From positions 70,928,001-70,992,000 of the forward strand of contig OZ241826.1 in NCBI GenBank assembly GCA_965202585.1: a stretch of 64,000 nt of DNA, in the 5' to 3' direction. The stretch is from Thalia democratica (taxonomy: Eukaryota). The translations under genes were made by a program, and so were the position numbers. This document shows, in pieces, positions 41,201-52,813 of the stretch. The notes beneath the pieces are model-generated. The model had not been told where the DNA came from, made no database searches, and worked only from the letters and a program-made list of their open reading frames with translations. How positions within the stretch are numbered: the stretch's first letter is position 1; each line of letters starts with the position of its first letter.

Positions 41201-41533
41201 CTCTACATCCTCTTCTGGCACGGCGTTTCCAGCCGCTGCTGTTGAGAAAAACAAACTAAAATAAATGTTAATTGTAGATTGTATTTTTTAATTGAGAATA
41301 AATAGGAAAATAAAACAATTGTTATTCCAATTTAATTTAAGTATTTCAACTAGTTTATCTATATATTATAAATAAAAAATAGCTTCAATTATACAACTAC
41401 CTTGATTACTATCAATAACTGAAAGAAGAAGTGCTTTTAGTTCTGCTTTTTTTGCAGTTCTACCAAAAGGAACTTTCATTGTATTGAGTGTTTCCTTCAA
41501 TTCAGTAACTTTCATTTTTTCAATTTTGTCCAT
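29250..41533 (-). CDS. HNRNPU-like: hnRNP U / hnRNP U-like protein (SAF-A family), about 23 exons
   Basis: SAP domain exon 41533-41401 (MDKIEKMKVTELKETLNTMKV...KKAELKALL). Acidic exon ~40345-39904. EEDFDENIVVLDKSNSSLNIK. SPRY exons (GFAFLWGSSRATHGVNKGKVYYECK; VRVGWS...YGKTFKTGDVIGCF, 35088-34876; LFPHVSCLNTVVEVNFG). P-loop MMCGLPGCGKS (~33600); RNYILDQANV; FHRKAVVIVP. RGG-like, N-rich and Q/A-rich tail (QQWAQYYSQ), stop at 29250-29252. All junctions traced are in frame GT-AG. Confidence 0.95.
35900..36560 (-). mobile_element. Highly decayed non-LTR retrotransposon RT fragment in an hnRNP U intron
   Basis: Minus-strand NIINGVSKLFSDD (~36286-36320) matches the RT xADD motif, followed by MFNW...NKC, as in CR1-type RTs; many stops. 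Confidence 0.5.
38824..39130. mobile_element. CAGGGT(T/G)GCC-ended MITE, family A, right end eroded
   Basis: Starts CAGGGTGGCCA; internal sequence (TTCCAGGTTTT, GGGTCTATTTT, AGCTACTTTAAA, GATGATGACAAA, AATTCCAGGTT) aligns by eye with 41878-42183 and 46851-47193. Confidence 0.75.
40031..40125 (-). repeat. Coding 15-bp tandem repeat (QEEAA/QEEVA) in the hnRNP U acidic region
   Basis: (CAGGAAGAAGTTGCC)-like units; ORF reads QEEAAQEEAAQEEVAQEEVAQEEVAQEEAA. Confidence 0.9.
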
Positions 41534-41877
41534 TTTAGATGTTTGTTATTGTTAATTTTTGTTAAATAAGTAGAAATGCTGAATTTTTACTCAAATTAAT
41601 TTTAATAATATTAATTAGTAATTTGTAACCAGACTAAACATTGCGATTATTTAAATTAATAACATGATAACTTACAATAAAAATACTTAAAAACAATTTT
41701 TTTTAACAGTTTAAGCTAGAACAAATAAAACTTTTATACATACTTTTATAACTTTAATTAAATTTATTTTATCAACTAAGCATTCTAGCTTATTTTCAAT
41801 TTAACTATCGGTATGAATATTTTTGATTTTAGTTGAATTGATTAAAAGCAACGTACATCTTAAAAAGTACATACCAA

Positions 41878-42183
41878 CAGGGTTACCACTCAATTTTCAA
41901 AAATTTTTCCAGGTTTTTAAAGTACACATTATTGGGTCTATTTTTAGTTTAAATTTAAGTTTAAGTGAGAAACTGTGTCAAATAGTATAAAAATATTGAA
42001 AAGATACTGTAAAGCTACTTTAAATATGTTTTTTAATAAAAAAAATTTTGATGATGACAAAAACTTTTGATTTATATGATAGATTTTATGAGTCAAATCG
42101 AAATTTTACTACTGAACATGTGGTAATTGTTAAAATTCCAGGTTTTTTCAGGATGTGTCAGGTATCAAGGAGTGGCAACCCTG
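41878..42183. mobile_element. CAGGGTTGCC-ended MITE, family A, complete
   Basis: TIRs CAGGGTTACCACTC / GAGTGGCAACCCTG. Confidence 0.85.
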
Positions 42184-42381
42184 ATACTAATGATTTTTAA
42201 ATTGAGTATATGTGCTTAACATAGTGTGCATAGAAATGAGTTCACTGTAAATATCAAGTTTGATTTGTACAAACAATATTTCAAAGCTGTCAATTTACTT
42301 AGCTTTTTTTTATTTCAAATACAGGGGTTTTAAAATAAATAGCATACTATAAATTACAAATATATCTAAGATGTAGGTTAA

Positions 42382-43077
42382 GGGCATAGGGGGGGGGGGG
42401 GGGTAAACACCCTTTTTTGGTTTTTGATCTTATTTTATTTAGTTTTTACTAAGCTACAACATGCTTTTTACAGATTTAAAAAATTCAAAATGATTTTTGA
42501 GATATAGCAGGTCAAAGTCGGAGGCAACAATAGGATCCTTATGGGAGGCGCAAATTAAAACGGCAAATAACTAGAAATCACTAAAAATCTATCTCCTCCT
42601 ACGTTTTTTGAGATATCTACCTCAAATTTTCAGGAAATGTTCCTTGCAGTATTTAGAAAATTCTGTTGGAAGGAATTTAAAAAAAATTATTTAAAAAAAA
42701 TTTTATAATAAAAAAACAAAAAAAAAACTGTTTTTTTTTGTTTATTTTTTATATATTTTTTTTAATTTTTATTTTTTTTTAAATTCCTTCCGACAGAATT
42801 TTCTAAATATATTAAGGAACACTTCCTGAAGTTTTGAGGTAGTTTTCTCAAAAAACGTAGGAGAAGATAGATTTTTAGTGAAATAGTCTATTTTTGCCGT
42901 TTTAGTTTGCGCCTCCCATAAGAAACCTATTGTGGGCTCCGACTTTGACCGGCTATATCTCAAAAGTTATTTTGAATTTTTTAAATCTGTAAAAAGCATC
43001 TTGTAGCTTAGTAAAAATTATATAAAATAAGATCAAAAACCAAAAAAGGGTGTTTACCCCCCCCCCCCCCTATGCCC
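42382..43077. mobile_element. Kolobok-like non-autonomous foldback element with TTAA target duplication
   Basis: TTAA|GGGCATAG(G)nTAAACACCC ... GGGTGTTTA(C)nTATGCCC|TTAA; the two ~330-bp arms are near-complementary throughout. A TTAA TSD with purine (GG) termini is the Kolobok pattern (piggyBac starts CCC). Confidence 0.85.
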
Positions 43078-44068
43078 TTAATTTACTTAAAAATTTTCTT
43101 TTAATACTCTAAAACAGATATTTACTTTCTTTAGTTCTTTATCATTCATACATTGCTATATAGCTTAGAAATCATTGTTCTATGCTTCTCAAAGTTTAGA
43201 ACTTATTACAATTTTTAGTAACCTTATTTCATGCAAATTTTTTTATGTTCGAATTTAAAATCACTGAAAATTTATATTAAAATGTTTTAAGTTAGGAGCT
43301 AACTTTTAAAATATATTGGTTTGTAGTTTTTAAGATTAGTGGGTACACAACAACTCAATTCTGACAACTTACATTCCTATATAAAGTTATTGTTGCAATT
43401 TTTGATAATGGATGCATATGCAATATATGCATCCATGAATATATGCAATATTATCAAAAATTCTTTTTTAACAAAATTAAAACCAACTAAATATTAAAAC
43501 AAAATTAAAACCAACTAAATATTAAAACAAAATAAAATCAAAGCGGCAAACACGAGTACTTTATAACATTTTCCAAACAGTCTAAAAAAAAATTTCTAAT
43601 ACATTTTTCCAAAATAACCTTTCTAAACTTTCCTAAAAAGCATAAATTAACATTCACAGAGTATTATTTCAAATTCAGCTAATTGTACAATAAACTGTAC
43701 CATTACTACGTCACAATTATTATAAAAATTTTGAAATCGAAATTTCTGTTCACTATTATAATAAACTGTAACTTACTGACAATCACATGAAATTTTACAT
43801 TTCATGTGTGAAACAGCTGTATAAATTATAGTTTTTATATAATTAGATAAACATTTAGCTCCAATTGAATTTGATGAGCACTATTGACCAGAACTTTTAT
43901 ATAAAACCTTTAATATGTTTAGTATATATATATATATAAAATAAGGTTATTTCTACAGAGTCCACTTGAAAGGTTTTTTAATAGTTTATTGGAAAAGTAT
44001 GATTTTTAAAATACTGGTAGATATGTTTCATAAAGCAAAACGTTTTAATCATATATATTTATATATAG

Positions 44069-45111
44069 CAGGGTTGCCACTCTTTTGAGCAAAATAACTA
44101 GCCTGAATTTTATCAAAAAATGTTTGTGACTAAAGGTCTAACTTACATTTCCCTAAACTTTCAAAGTGATTAGATTTCTTTTAAAAATATTTTTATATAA
44201 GCTTGCACTTTCTATGCTTACAAAATACTAAAAAGTATTAATCATGCTTTTGTAAATTACCAAAAATCATTAACACCTAAAAACATTTAAGATTTAGTAA
44301 GAAGTAATTGCTTAGAATTTTTTGGTAAAGAGTGTTTGAAGTAAGCTTGTTTTTTTTTTGTATACAACAACAGTACTCAGTTTCTAATAATTTGTTAAAA
44401 TGTATTTTTATTTTGCATCTTATCTAAATAATTTAAAATTATATTCATATGTAACAACCTATAGTAAATTTGTATCACTTAAGGGCATAGGGGGGGGGGG
44501 GGGTAAACACCCTTTTTTGGTTTGATCTTATTCTATATAATTTTTACTAAGCTACAAGTTGCTTTTTACATATTTAAAAAAATCAAAATAATTTTTGAGA
44601 TACAGCCGGTCAAAGTCGGAGCCAACAATAGGATCCTTATGGGAGGCGCAAACTAAAATGGCAAAAATAAACTATTTCACTAAAAATCTATCTTCTCCTA
44701 CGTTTTTTTAGATAACTACCTCAAATTTTCTGGAAATGTTCCTTGATATATTTAGAAAATTCTTTCGGAAGGAATTTTAAAAAAGATTAAAAACAAAAAT
44801 TTTATATAAAAAATAAAATAAAAACAGTGTTTTTTATTTTTTTGAAATAAAATTTTTATTAATCAACTCTATATAACTTTATCAATCTTTCTGACTTTAA
44901 AGGATTTTTAATTAACTTTTACCATTTGAAGGCTTTGGAAAACAAGGAATTTTGTAAATTTAAACTGACAAAATCTGATTTTATTTTATTTATCAAATTT
45001 CCTGACTTTTCCTGACTTTTTTTCAAAACCCCCCATTTTTTCCTGACTTTTCCTGACTTTTGTAATTTTATTAAATTTTTCCTGACTTTTCCTGACTGAG
45101 TGGCAACCCTG
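44069..45111. mobile_element. CAGGGTTGCC-ended MITE with (TTCCTGACT) subterminal repeats, carrying a nested Kolobok-like arm
   Basis: TIRs CAGGGTTGCCACTC / GAGTGGCAACCCTG; several TTTCCTGACT units at ~44998-45097. Confidence 0.85.
44483..44860. mobile_element. Solo left arm of the Kolobok-like element, nested in the MITE
   Basis: TTAA|GGGCATAG(G)nTAAACACCC... closely matches 42382-42720; no right arm. Confidence 0.85.
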
Positions 45112-46850
45112 TATATTGTGGTTTGTGACTAGCTATTGTTGATTAATATTTTTATAACACAATTTGATTTGATTTTTTTAATTTAATTAGCACAATGTAA
45201 CGGTACTTGTATAATTTGTTTTATAACTTAATTTAAATGAAAAAATATCTACTTTTAAAATATATAAACAAAATATGAACTAGAAAAAGTTTTTTAATTT
45301 AATTTATAAATATAAACAAGCTGATAAAACTGAAAAAAAATTAACAGAAACTTTTTTCAACTTTAAATAAAAAATATAAGTTTTATTTTACTATTAATTT
45401 TCAATTTCATCAAGATTGAAAAAACCACAATAAAAAATTTAAATTTAAATCAAAAAACTTAAGACACTTAATTACTTTCCCTTTTAATTACTTATTGTTC
45501 AAGGCACCAATAGAGTAAAATATATAAAACACAAATTTAAAATTTAGAAACTAGGATCAAAAATTTAATTAAGTTTTGAAATGTGGGATATTTTAAACAA
45601 AACATAAATTAGTTTTCATTTATATTTTGATTAAGCAAAAAAATCTAAATCACATAAATTCAGAATTAAACTTATTATTAAATAAAGGTTAGGAAATTTC
45701 AGGGTGTAAGCTTTAAAATATATAAAATAAAAATTTTATGTAATTAATTTTGTTAAACTATTTGGTGTAATTTATACTGTATCAGATAACTTGTAATTTT
45801 TATTCTTTTTTTAGTTGTACCTAAAATATATGCTATAAAAAAAAAATTGATCATTACTGTACATGATATTAATCAAAAAACATATAAAAATTAAAAATGG
45901 TTTTTAAACTCATTAACAAAAAACAATTTAATTGAAATGAGTTTAAATAGTATGGGTTTCAGTGAATATAAAAACTTAAATTTAAACTATAAACTTCAAA
46001 ATCTGTATCATTTGTTTCTGAAATGATTGATAAAAACTGCAAGCTTGAAAATAGTTTGTATATATAAAAAAAAAATTAATTATTTTTTAATAAAATTTAA
46101 TATCTAAATAAAAGATTCAAGAAAATTTAAATTTAGATAATACTGTTTAAAACCATCAAAACTATAGTATTATTTAAAACTTGAGTTGAATTTCAAAAAT
46201 TAATTTGTGTTTCACCTGAAATTTTTTTTTTTTTTTTTCGTCATTTTAGGTTTATACAACTTTCTGTCCTTCAAAGCTTCAACAGTCAATCATTGTTTTG
46301 ATCATCATCTTTTTTTTGATCATAATTGTTATAATAATCATTGCTCTTTTATCCTAACACTATGTATTGTGTGAGTATTAAGCTGTTTAAAACAGAAATT
46401 TATTTTAATTTTAGGGGTATACAAGAAACATAGATAAATTCAAATAAATAACACAAGTTATTTTCTAGTTTATATTAATTAAAGCAAATTCCTGCTCATT
46501 TTCTTAAGCACTTTTTTTTTAATTTTTGACAACTGAAAAATATTTATTTTTGTTGTTCAATAAAAACTGATCATGTTTTTTCAACTCCACTTTATTGACC
46601 CTGATAATAGTGACATTTAAACATTTACTTAAATCTACCAGTATAACAAAAGTTAATGTTGTATCATTCAAAAATACTTTACTACTGTCAGGGCTAAAAA
46701 ATTCAAATGCATTTAATATTAATAATGAAATGATATTTAAGCAGGTTTACTTTAAACTTTATTTATTTTTTGGAATTTTGATATCTGACTTTTACTTTTA
46801 GCAATGCCAACTTCTTATTTTTATACAACAGTTCAACTTCAAAAGCCTTA

Positions 46851-47193
46851 CAGGGTTGCCAAATGTTTTTGGCAAATTTTTTCCAGGTTTTCAAAATTTC
46901 CTCCAGGTTTTTAAAAGTACACATTTTTGGGTCTATTTTTAGTCTAAAGTTGAGTTTAAGGTAAAAACTGTGTTAAAAGATACTGTAAAGCTACTTCAAA
47001 TGTGTTTTTTTTTATAGAAAATTTTTGATGATGACAATAAAATTTTATCTCTGTGGTATATTTTTTGTTTCAAATCAAAATTTTTCTGCTAACATGTAAA
47101 AATTGTTCAAAATTCCAGGATTTTCCAGGTTTTTTTTTCAAAATTTCTCAAACTCTAAGTTTTTCCAGATTTCCAAGTTTTTTAACAACCCTA
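46851..47193. mobile_element. CAGGGTTGCC-ended MITE, family A
   Basis: CAGGGTTGCCAA ... ACAACCCTA; internal sequence shared with the 38824 and 41878 copies. Confidence 0.8.
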
Positions 47194-47336
47194 CAATTAC
47201 AACAAAAGTATAGTGACATTTTAATGTACATTTATTGTAAAACTTGTTACAGTAATTTAAAAAACCATTTTGAAATAGTTTTGCAACATTTTTATAAACA
47301 AAAACTTTAGTTTTAATTTTATATAGATATATTTTT

Positions 47337-47591
47337 AAGCTTTATATAAAACAAATTTCAGATTTACATCATAAAATCTTACCAAAATTTAATTAAGTTG
47401 TCAAAATTTTCAAACTTTTAAACTGTTTTTTTTTTATATCAGAGTTGTTATTCCTGAATCAGGAGTTTTTTTTTTTTGAAACAACCATGATATTGAAAAA
47501 AAATGATGAATAAGTAAAAAATTTTAACAACTTTGTTAAATTTTGGTAAGATTTTATAATGTACAACTGAAATTTGTTTTATATAAAGCTT
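47337..47591. repeat. Foldback with ~70-bp imperfect arms
   Basis: AAGCTTTATATAAAACAAATTTCAG...AAAATCTTACCAAAATTT versus AAATTTTGGTAAGATTTT...CTGAAATTTGTTTTATATAAAGCTT. Confidence 0.75.
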
Positions 47592-47809
47592 AAGAATATA
47601 TTTGTATGAATTAAAATTAAAACTTAAATTTTTGTTTATAAAAATAATGCATAAGAAGCTCAAAATAGTTTTCATAAAAACTTCAAAAAGTTTTTATTAA
47701 CTTTTCAAAATTAATAAAAATCTTATTTTTTAAGAAAGCTGGTTAAAAAAGAATTAAATATTAAACTAAATCAACTAAACCTCATTCAAAACCTTTCTTA
47801 AGATTTTTT

Positions 47810-48208
47810 GGTTATCTTCTATTTTAGGAAGTATTTTACTCATAAAATTTATTATTTTCAGAAGTACTTTTTGACATTATATTCAGTTTTTTATAATTAT
47901 TTACAATTACTATCAAAGTTTTTTACAATTTTGTTTTAATTAATTAACTATATTATTTAACTTTTTATTATCACTGTTACCCCTAACACTTGGTTGGTAG
48001 CTTTTTTTCTTTTTTATTTCAACCATCAATTTTTATTTAATAATTTTTCTGTTTTTTTATAATAATAGCTCTCATAAACTTTTTATAAACGTTTTATTTT
48101 TTAAATTAGTAGCCCTGCTATTATAAAAAATTTAATATAATGTCAAAAGTATTTCTGAAAATTATAAATTTAATAAGTAAAATACTCTTCCTAAAATAAA
48201 AGATAACC
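47810..48208. repeat. Foldback with ~87-bp imperfect arms
   Basis: 47810-47896 (GGTTATCTTCTATTTTAGGAAG...TTTTTATAAT) is an imperfect reverse complement of 48120-48208. Confidence 0.75.
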
Positions 48209-48559
48209 AATTTTTTTATATCTTAAAATTTTCCCTAGATTTCTATAAAAAAACAAAATTATCTTGAATCAGCTTGAGTTTGTTTTTTAATTCAAAATAT
48301 CCTGAGATATCTTGAGCTATCTGGAGTCATCCTGAGATTTAATACACAAGCTTGATACTTTTAATAAAAAATAAAATAGTCTGACATACAAAAAAAACTT
48401 GAGTTTAATTATTAAATTTACTAAAAAATAAGAAGAAGCTTAATAGTGAACACTAACAAACAAATGTTAAAAGAAAATTAAATAATTTAGGAACCTATAA
48501 ATGCTTAAAATTCAAAGTATGTAGATTTTATTAAAAACACTTATCCAAAGCCTTTTAAA

Positions 48560-48949
48560 CAGGGTGGTAATTGGTTTTTTTAAGAAAATCTTACAGGTTT
48601 TCTGACTTTCTTCCAGGGTTTTTAAAATACAATTTTTTTGTCTTACTTACAGATAAAATCAAATTTAAAGGTTTTATATAGTAAAATAATATTAAATTGA
48701 TATTACTTTACACGTGTTGTTTATTAAATAAACTACTAAATGTTACAAAAAATCATGGATAAACAATATTTGTACCTTATTTCAATTTAATTGGTTTGTA
48801 CTTAAAAAATTGTTTATAATTCCAGGTTTTTTAATTATTTTTGTTGAAAACCTAGGTCTTTCTTAGCTTTTAAAAAATTATAAATTCAAGAAATGTTTTG
48901 CTTAAATTCAAAATTACAAATTATTATTTCCACTTAAATGGCCACCCTG
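48560..48949. mobile_element. Diverged CAGGGTGG-ended MITE, related to family A
   Basis: CAGGGTGGTAATT ... AATGGCCACCCTG; internal TTCCAGG(G)TTTT motifs. Confidence 0.65.
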
Positions 48950-51900
48950 ATTACAAATAGATTTTTCTTTAAACTAGGTATAATTAGTATCAACCATTAA
49001 TACTTACTTGCAGTTTTTACACTATCAAGGATTGTAATATTTCAAGTTTCAAATTTTTTTTTGTATAAAAATAATTGTAAAAAAATTTGTAAAAAAAAAA
49101 AATTTAAATTTAAAAATAAAATGCAAACAATTTATTTTAATTTAATATAAAGCAAATACTTAAATTTTCAACTGTCATATAACAACTTAATTTTAAATAA
49201 ATTATTATTTTATTAAAAAGAGTGAAAAAATAGTTTCATAAAAATTATATTTTCTTATTAAGTTGTGCTTATTTTTTAATCTATGAAACTCAGCAAATTT
49301 CTTGGTGGGGTTATACAATACTCTACTTTAAGCACCAACTTATCTAATCTTCATTGGAGTATAAATTGTAGAATTAAATATTTTTTTAAAGTGAAACACT
49401 AACAGTATTTTCTACGAAATCAAAGACAAAAAATAAAAAGTTTTTTTAATTAAACTTTTTTTTAAGTTTTTAAAACAAAATAAAAAAAGTAAAAGTTATC
49501 ACTTTAATTAGAAAAACTTCTATGTAAAAAGAAAATTACCAACTAGGTTGAACATTGTTTATTTAATAATTATTAGTTTTTTAAGAATATTATTCTTAAA
49601 TCCAGTGTTTTTTTAGATATTTGTATGTGTGCGCAGCCGTTGTGGCTATAAGAACATAGCCAAAAAATACTTGATAATGACATTTTAAGTTAAAAAAACA
49701 AACGGTTTTTAAGTATTCAGAATTGATTTTTTATAAATCTTTGCAACCATGATATACAGTGTTTTGAATAACTCCTAATATTAAAAAATTCACAAAAACT
49801 TATACGATAATAAACTCTGATATTTATAGTGTTAAGCATATTTAATTTACAATCAGACTAAATAGTAACGGTCTATTTTACACTGGGTACTTCTTTGGTG
49901 AAACACTGTAAGCAAACAGTATATTTAAGTTTATCGATTTTTAAACCTTTAATTTATACAACTAAGTTTTCAACTTATTTGTTTTGTTAATTTCATCACT
50001 AAAAAAAATTAAATACCAAGTCTGTTTGCATTTAATAAAAAATATTTACTACCTTTTAGTGTCCCTTTAATTAAACTTATTTTCTTACACTCTTTTAGAA
50101 TCTAAATGTTAAAATTTTTGGTATATAACTTAAACACCTAAAGTATTAGAATAACACTTGAAAAAAAGAATATTTGATAGTGTTAAAGTGTTTTTAGAAA
50201 TTTTTTTTAATACAGTACAAAAGCTAGTTAAAACCTGTAAGTGTTCTTTTTAATTTTTAATATTTTGTGATTACGTTAAATATTTTTAGCAATTTTTAAT
50301 ATTCATATACACTCTTTTTGTTTTAAGCCAACTTAATTAACTAATGGCTGTTTGAAAAGCTATTTTTTTAGAACAAGGTGCTTTTTTTAACTATATCACT
50401 ATAAAATTGCAAAACTACTCTACTTTACAAAACTACCATTTATTTTAGGTAAAAGAAAACATAATAAAAGAGAAACAAAAACAGTCTTTATTATTAGCTA
50501 TATACAATGCTTTTTTTTAATTTTTACTATGTGATTATATGTTTGTGTGCTTTCTGTGTAACTAAGGGTAAATTTAATTCTACTGAACTATTTGTATTTA
50601 AAAACAATGGTCTAGTTTAAATATAACTGCATATATATCTTATAAACTTTACTTTTTAGTTGCCAAATGTTAATCAGCAATGACCGCATAATAATTCAAG
50701 CATTATTTTTTTATTTGAAACATCGAAATGTTTAATCAGTACTTGGAACTCTTTATTAGGAACTCTTGTTATATAAAACAAAGAAAACTTTGAAATAACG
50801 TTCTAAAAGTAGCCAATTATTTTAATAGATCTAGTAACTAGAATAAAATCATTACTAGATAGTAGTTACGCTTTCAGCTCTAGACTAATTTAATTCGTAT
50901 AACTTATAATATTTGAATTTTAAAATCGCAGCTTATTATGTATTTTATTATTTTTTTTTTAAATTTCTGATTTATTTAGTATTTGAAAGAAATCATTAAA
51001 ACAGTTTTAGTTTGTTAGACGAGAACAAAGTGAAGATGAAAAACCAAATTTCTAACGTTGAGGCTTAATGTAGAATAATCATTTACCAATAAACACCTGC
51101 TGAATAATCAAACTCGTGTGAAGAATCTAAATACTTATATCGATTTAAATAAGCATTCTAGTTTTCAGTTTTATATATTAAGCTTATCTATATGTTTAAT
51201 AAAGCTCTTTAACCGAAAATTTGTAAACAAGGAGGTAATTTTTACTTAAATTTAAACATACAAAATGAAGCACGACGATTCAGATTCTAACAATTTACGT
51301 TACGAAATTTCGAGTTCTGATTACTATGAGTTATTGCGAGTAAAATCAGTAAAATTTATGTTTTTAAGTTTTTTTACCACAATACTTTTATTGTTTGGAC
51401 AAACTAGTACATAAAAAAAAAATATTTAAAGTTATTTTTTAAAGATATGCTTTCCAAACTTTTATTAATCCTTGAAACTTTTACATTTCACTTTTGTAAC
51501 ATTTATTGTTTTAAAATAAGCTTTTTAATATTTTTTATGGTAATCTTAGATATGTTTTATTTTAACATTTTTAACTAAAAATTTACTTTAAACAGCTTTG
51601 CAATAAGTTTTTGTTTTGCTTATACTCAAAATACACACTAAACTAATGGTAGTAGTGTTGAAATTTGAGTATAAGTAAAAACTATTTGTCTCTTAAACTA
51701 ACAGCTGTCTTAACTATTTTTCAAAGTCTTTTCAATCTCACATTCTGTACAATTTTTAGTAAATTTTACTCACGGTATGGTTTGCGCAAGACAAAAATAT
51801 ATTGATCAATTCTCCAAAATTTCTTTAAAAATGTTAATTTTTTTTATAAAAAGATTAAATGTTCTGATGTGACCAAAATTATCACTTAACTTTAAGCTGA

Positions 51901-52187
51901 GCAAAATTTTACAAAACTTTTATTAGAATAGGTTTATTTAGTATTAAAATTATTTGTAACTACATTGTGTCATAATGATTTGTTTATCTTTGCTAGAAAC
52001 AAACCAAAAAATTAAAAAAAAAAAGTTTTTTTTTATGTGTTTAAAAAAAACTAATAAGTTTGACATTGTCTTACATCCTAGAAACATAAACATTATTTTT
52101 AGTTCTTAAAATATGTTTATATTCGTTAAATTAAAAAAAAAGCAAATAGCTAAAACCAAACGTTAAAAATTACTTATTATATTGTTT

Positions 52188-52273
52188 ATTGTACGATAAA
52201 AAAAGCGCTCAAAAAGTTTGGTCTCAGGACTTGGTGTACAAAGGAACCTTTCGGTTATCGAATCGTACACCAC
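52188..52273 (+). repeat. AACC-TTTC-GGTT hairpin family repeat
   Basis: Near-identical to 11559-11637: GCGCTCAAAAAGTTTGGTCT..GGAC.TGGTGTA.AAAGGAACCTTTCGGTTATCG..TCGTACACCAC. Confidence 0.85.
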
Positions 52274-52813
52274 ATATTAGATAGCTAGATTCTTTAGAAA
52301 GGTTATAAAATACACTTCAACTGCCTTAAAGCAAGTCTTTTCCCAGCTATCCTAGGTAAATAGTTTTGAAGTTTTTATTAATTATAAAGATGATTTTTAC
52401 TTACAAATGACAGAATGTAAGGTGTAAAGTAATTTAATCGACAAACGAAAGTAATTAAAACAAATGTACTGCGTAGAAAATGAATGAAATCGATCAAAAG
52501 CCTTATTATAAAATTTAAAGATAAATATTATTAGTTTAAAACATTTTCTTAACAATTTTTTACTGTTACTTAAAGTTTCTATCAATGAAAACTAATAAAT
52601 TACATTTGAAAAAAATGTAGACAATGACATTTTAAATTTCTGTCGTACTTAGGTAAATAGAAACAGATTTAAAAGCTATATTTAGCTATATATTTTTGTA
52701 TCATTTAAAAGTAAATTTTTCTAGAAATATTTAAAACCGTAGAAAGAAAATATTAAAAACTAAGCTTTTATAAAATAACACCTTTAATATATATTTTTTT
52801 GATATAAGAAAAC

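Noticed and set aside
305-41533. Non-standard genetic code or non-canonical introns
   Set aside because: All four gene models join in frame with the standard code and GT-AG boundaries.
40031-45100. Short direct repeats (15-bp coding units; TTCCTGACT units) considered as a CRISPR array
   Set aside because: Eukaryotic context, no unique spacers and no cas genes; explained as a coding repeat and MITE subterminal repeats.
42769-47310. ORFs 42769-42963, 46595-46801 and 47053-47310; similarly 38804-39037
   Set aside because: Lie within MITE arms or AT-rich filler; no transposase motifs.
51266-51345. MKHDD...SSDYYELLRV resembling the start of a DnaJ domain
   Set aside because: Only a DYYELL match; no downstream HPD-motif exon could be found.
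51614-51681. 17-bp-arm hairpin TTTTGCTTATACTCAAA / TTTGAGTATAAGTAAAA
   Set aside because: Short, AT-rich and one of many such foldbacks; no evidence for a pre-miRNA.
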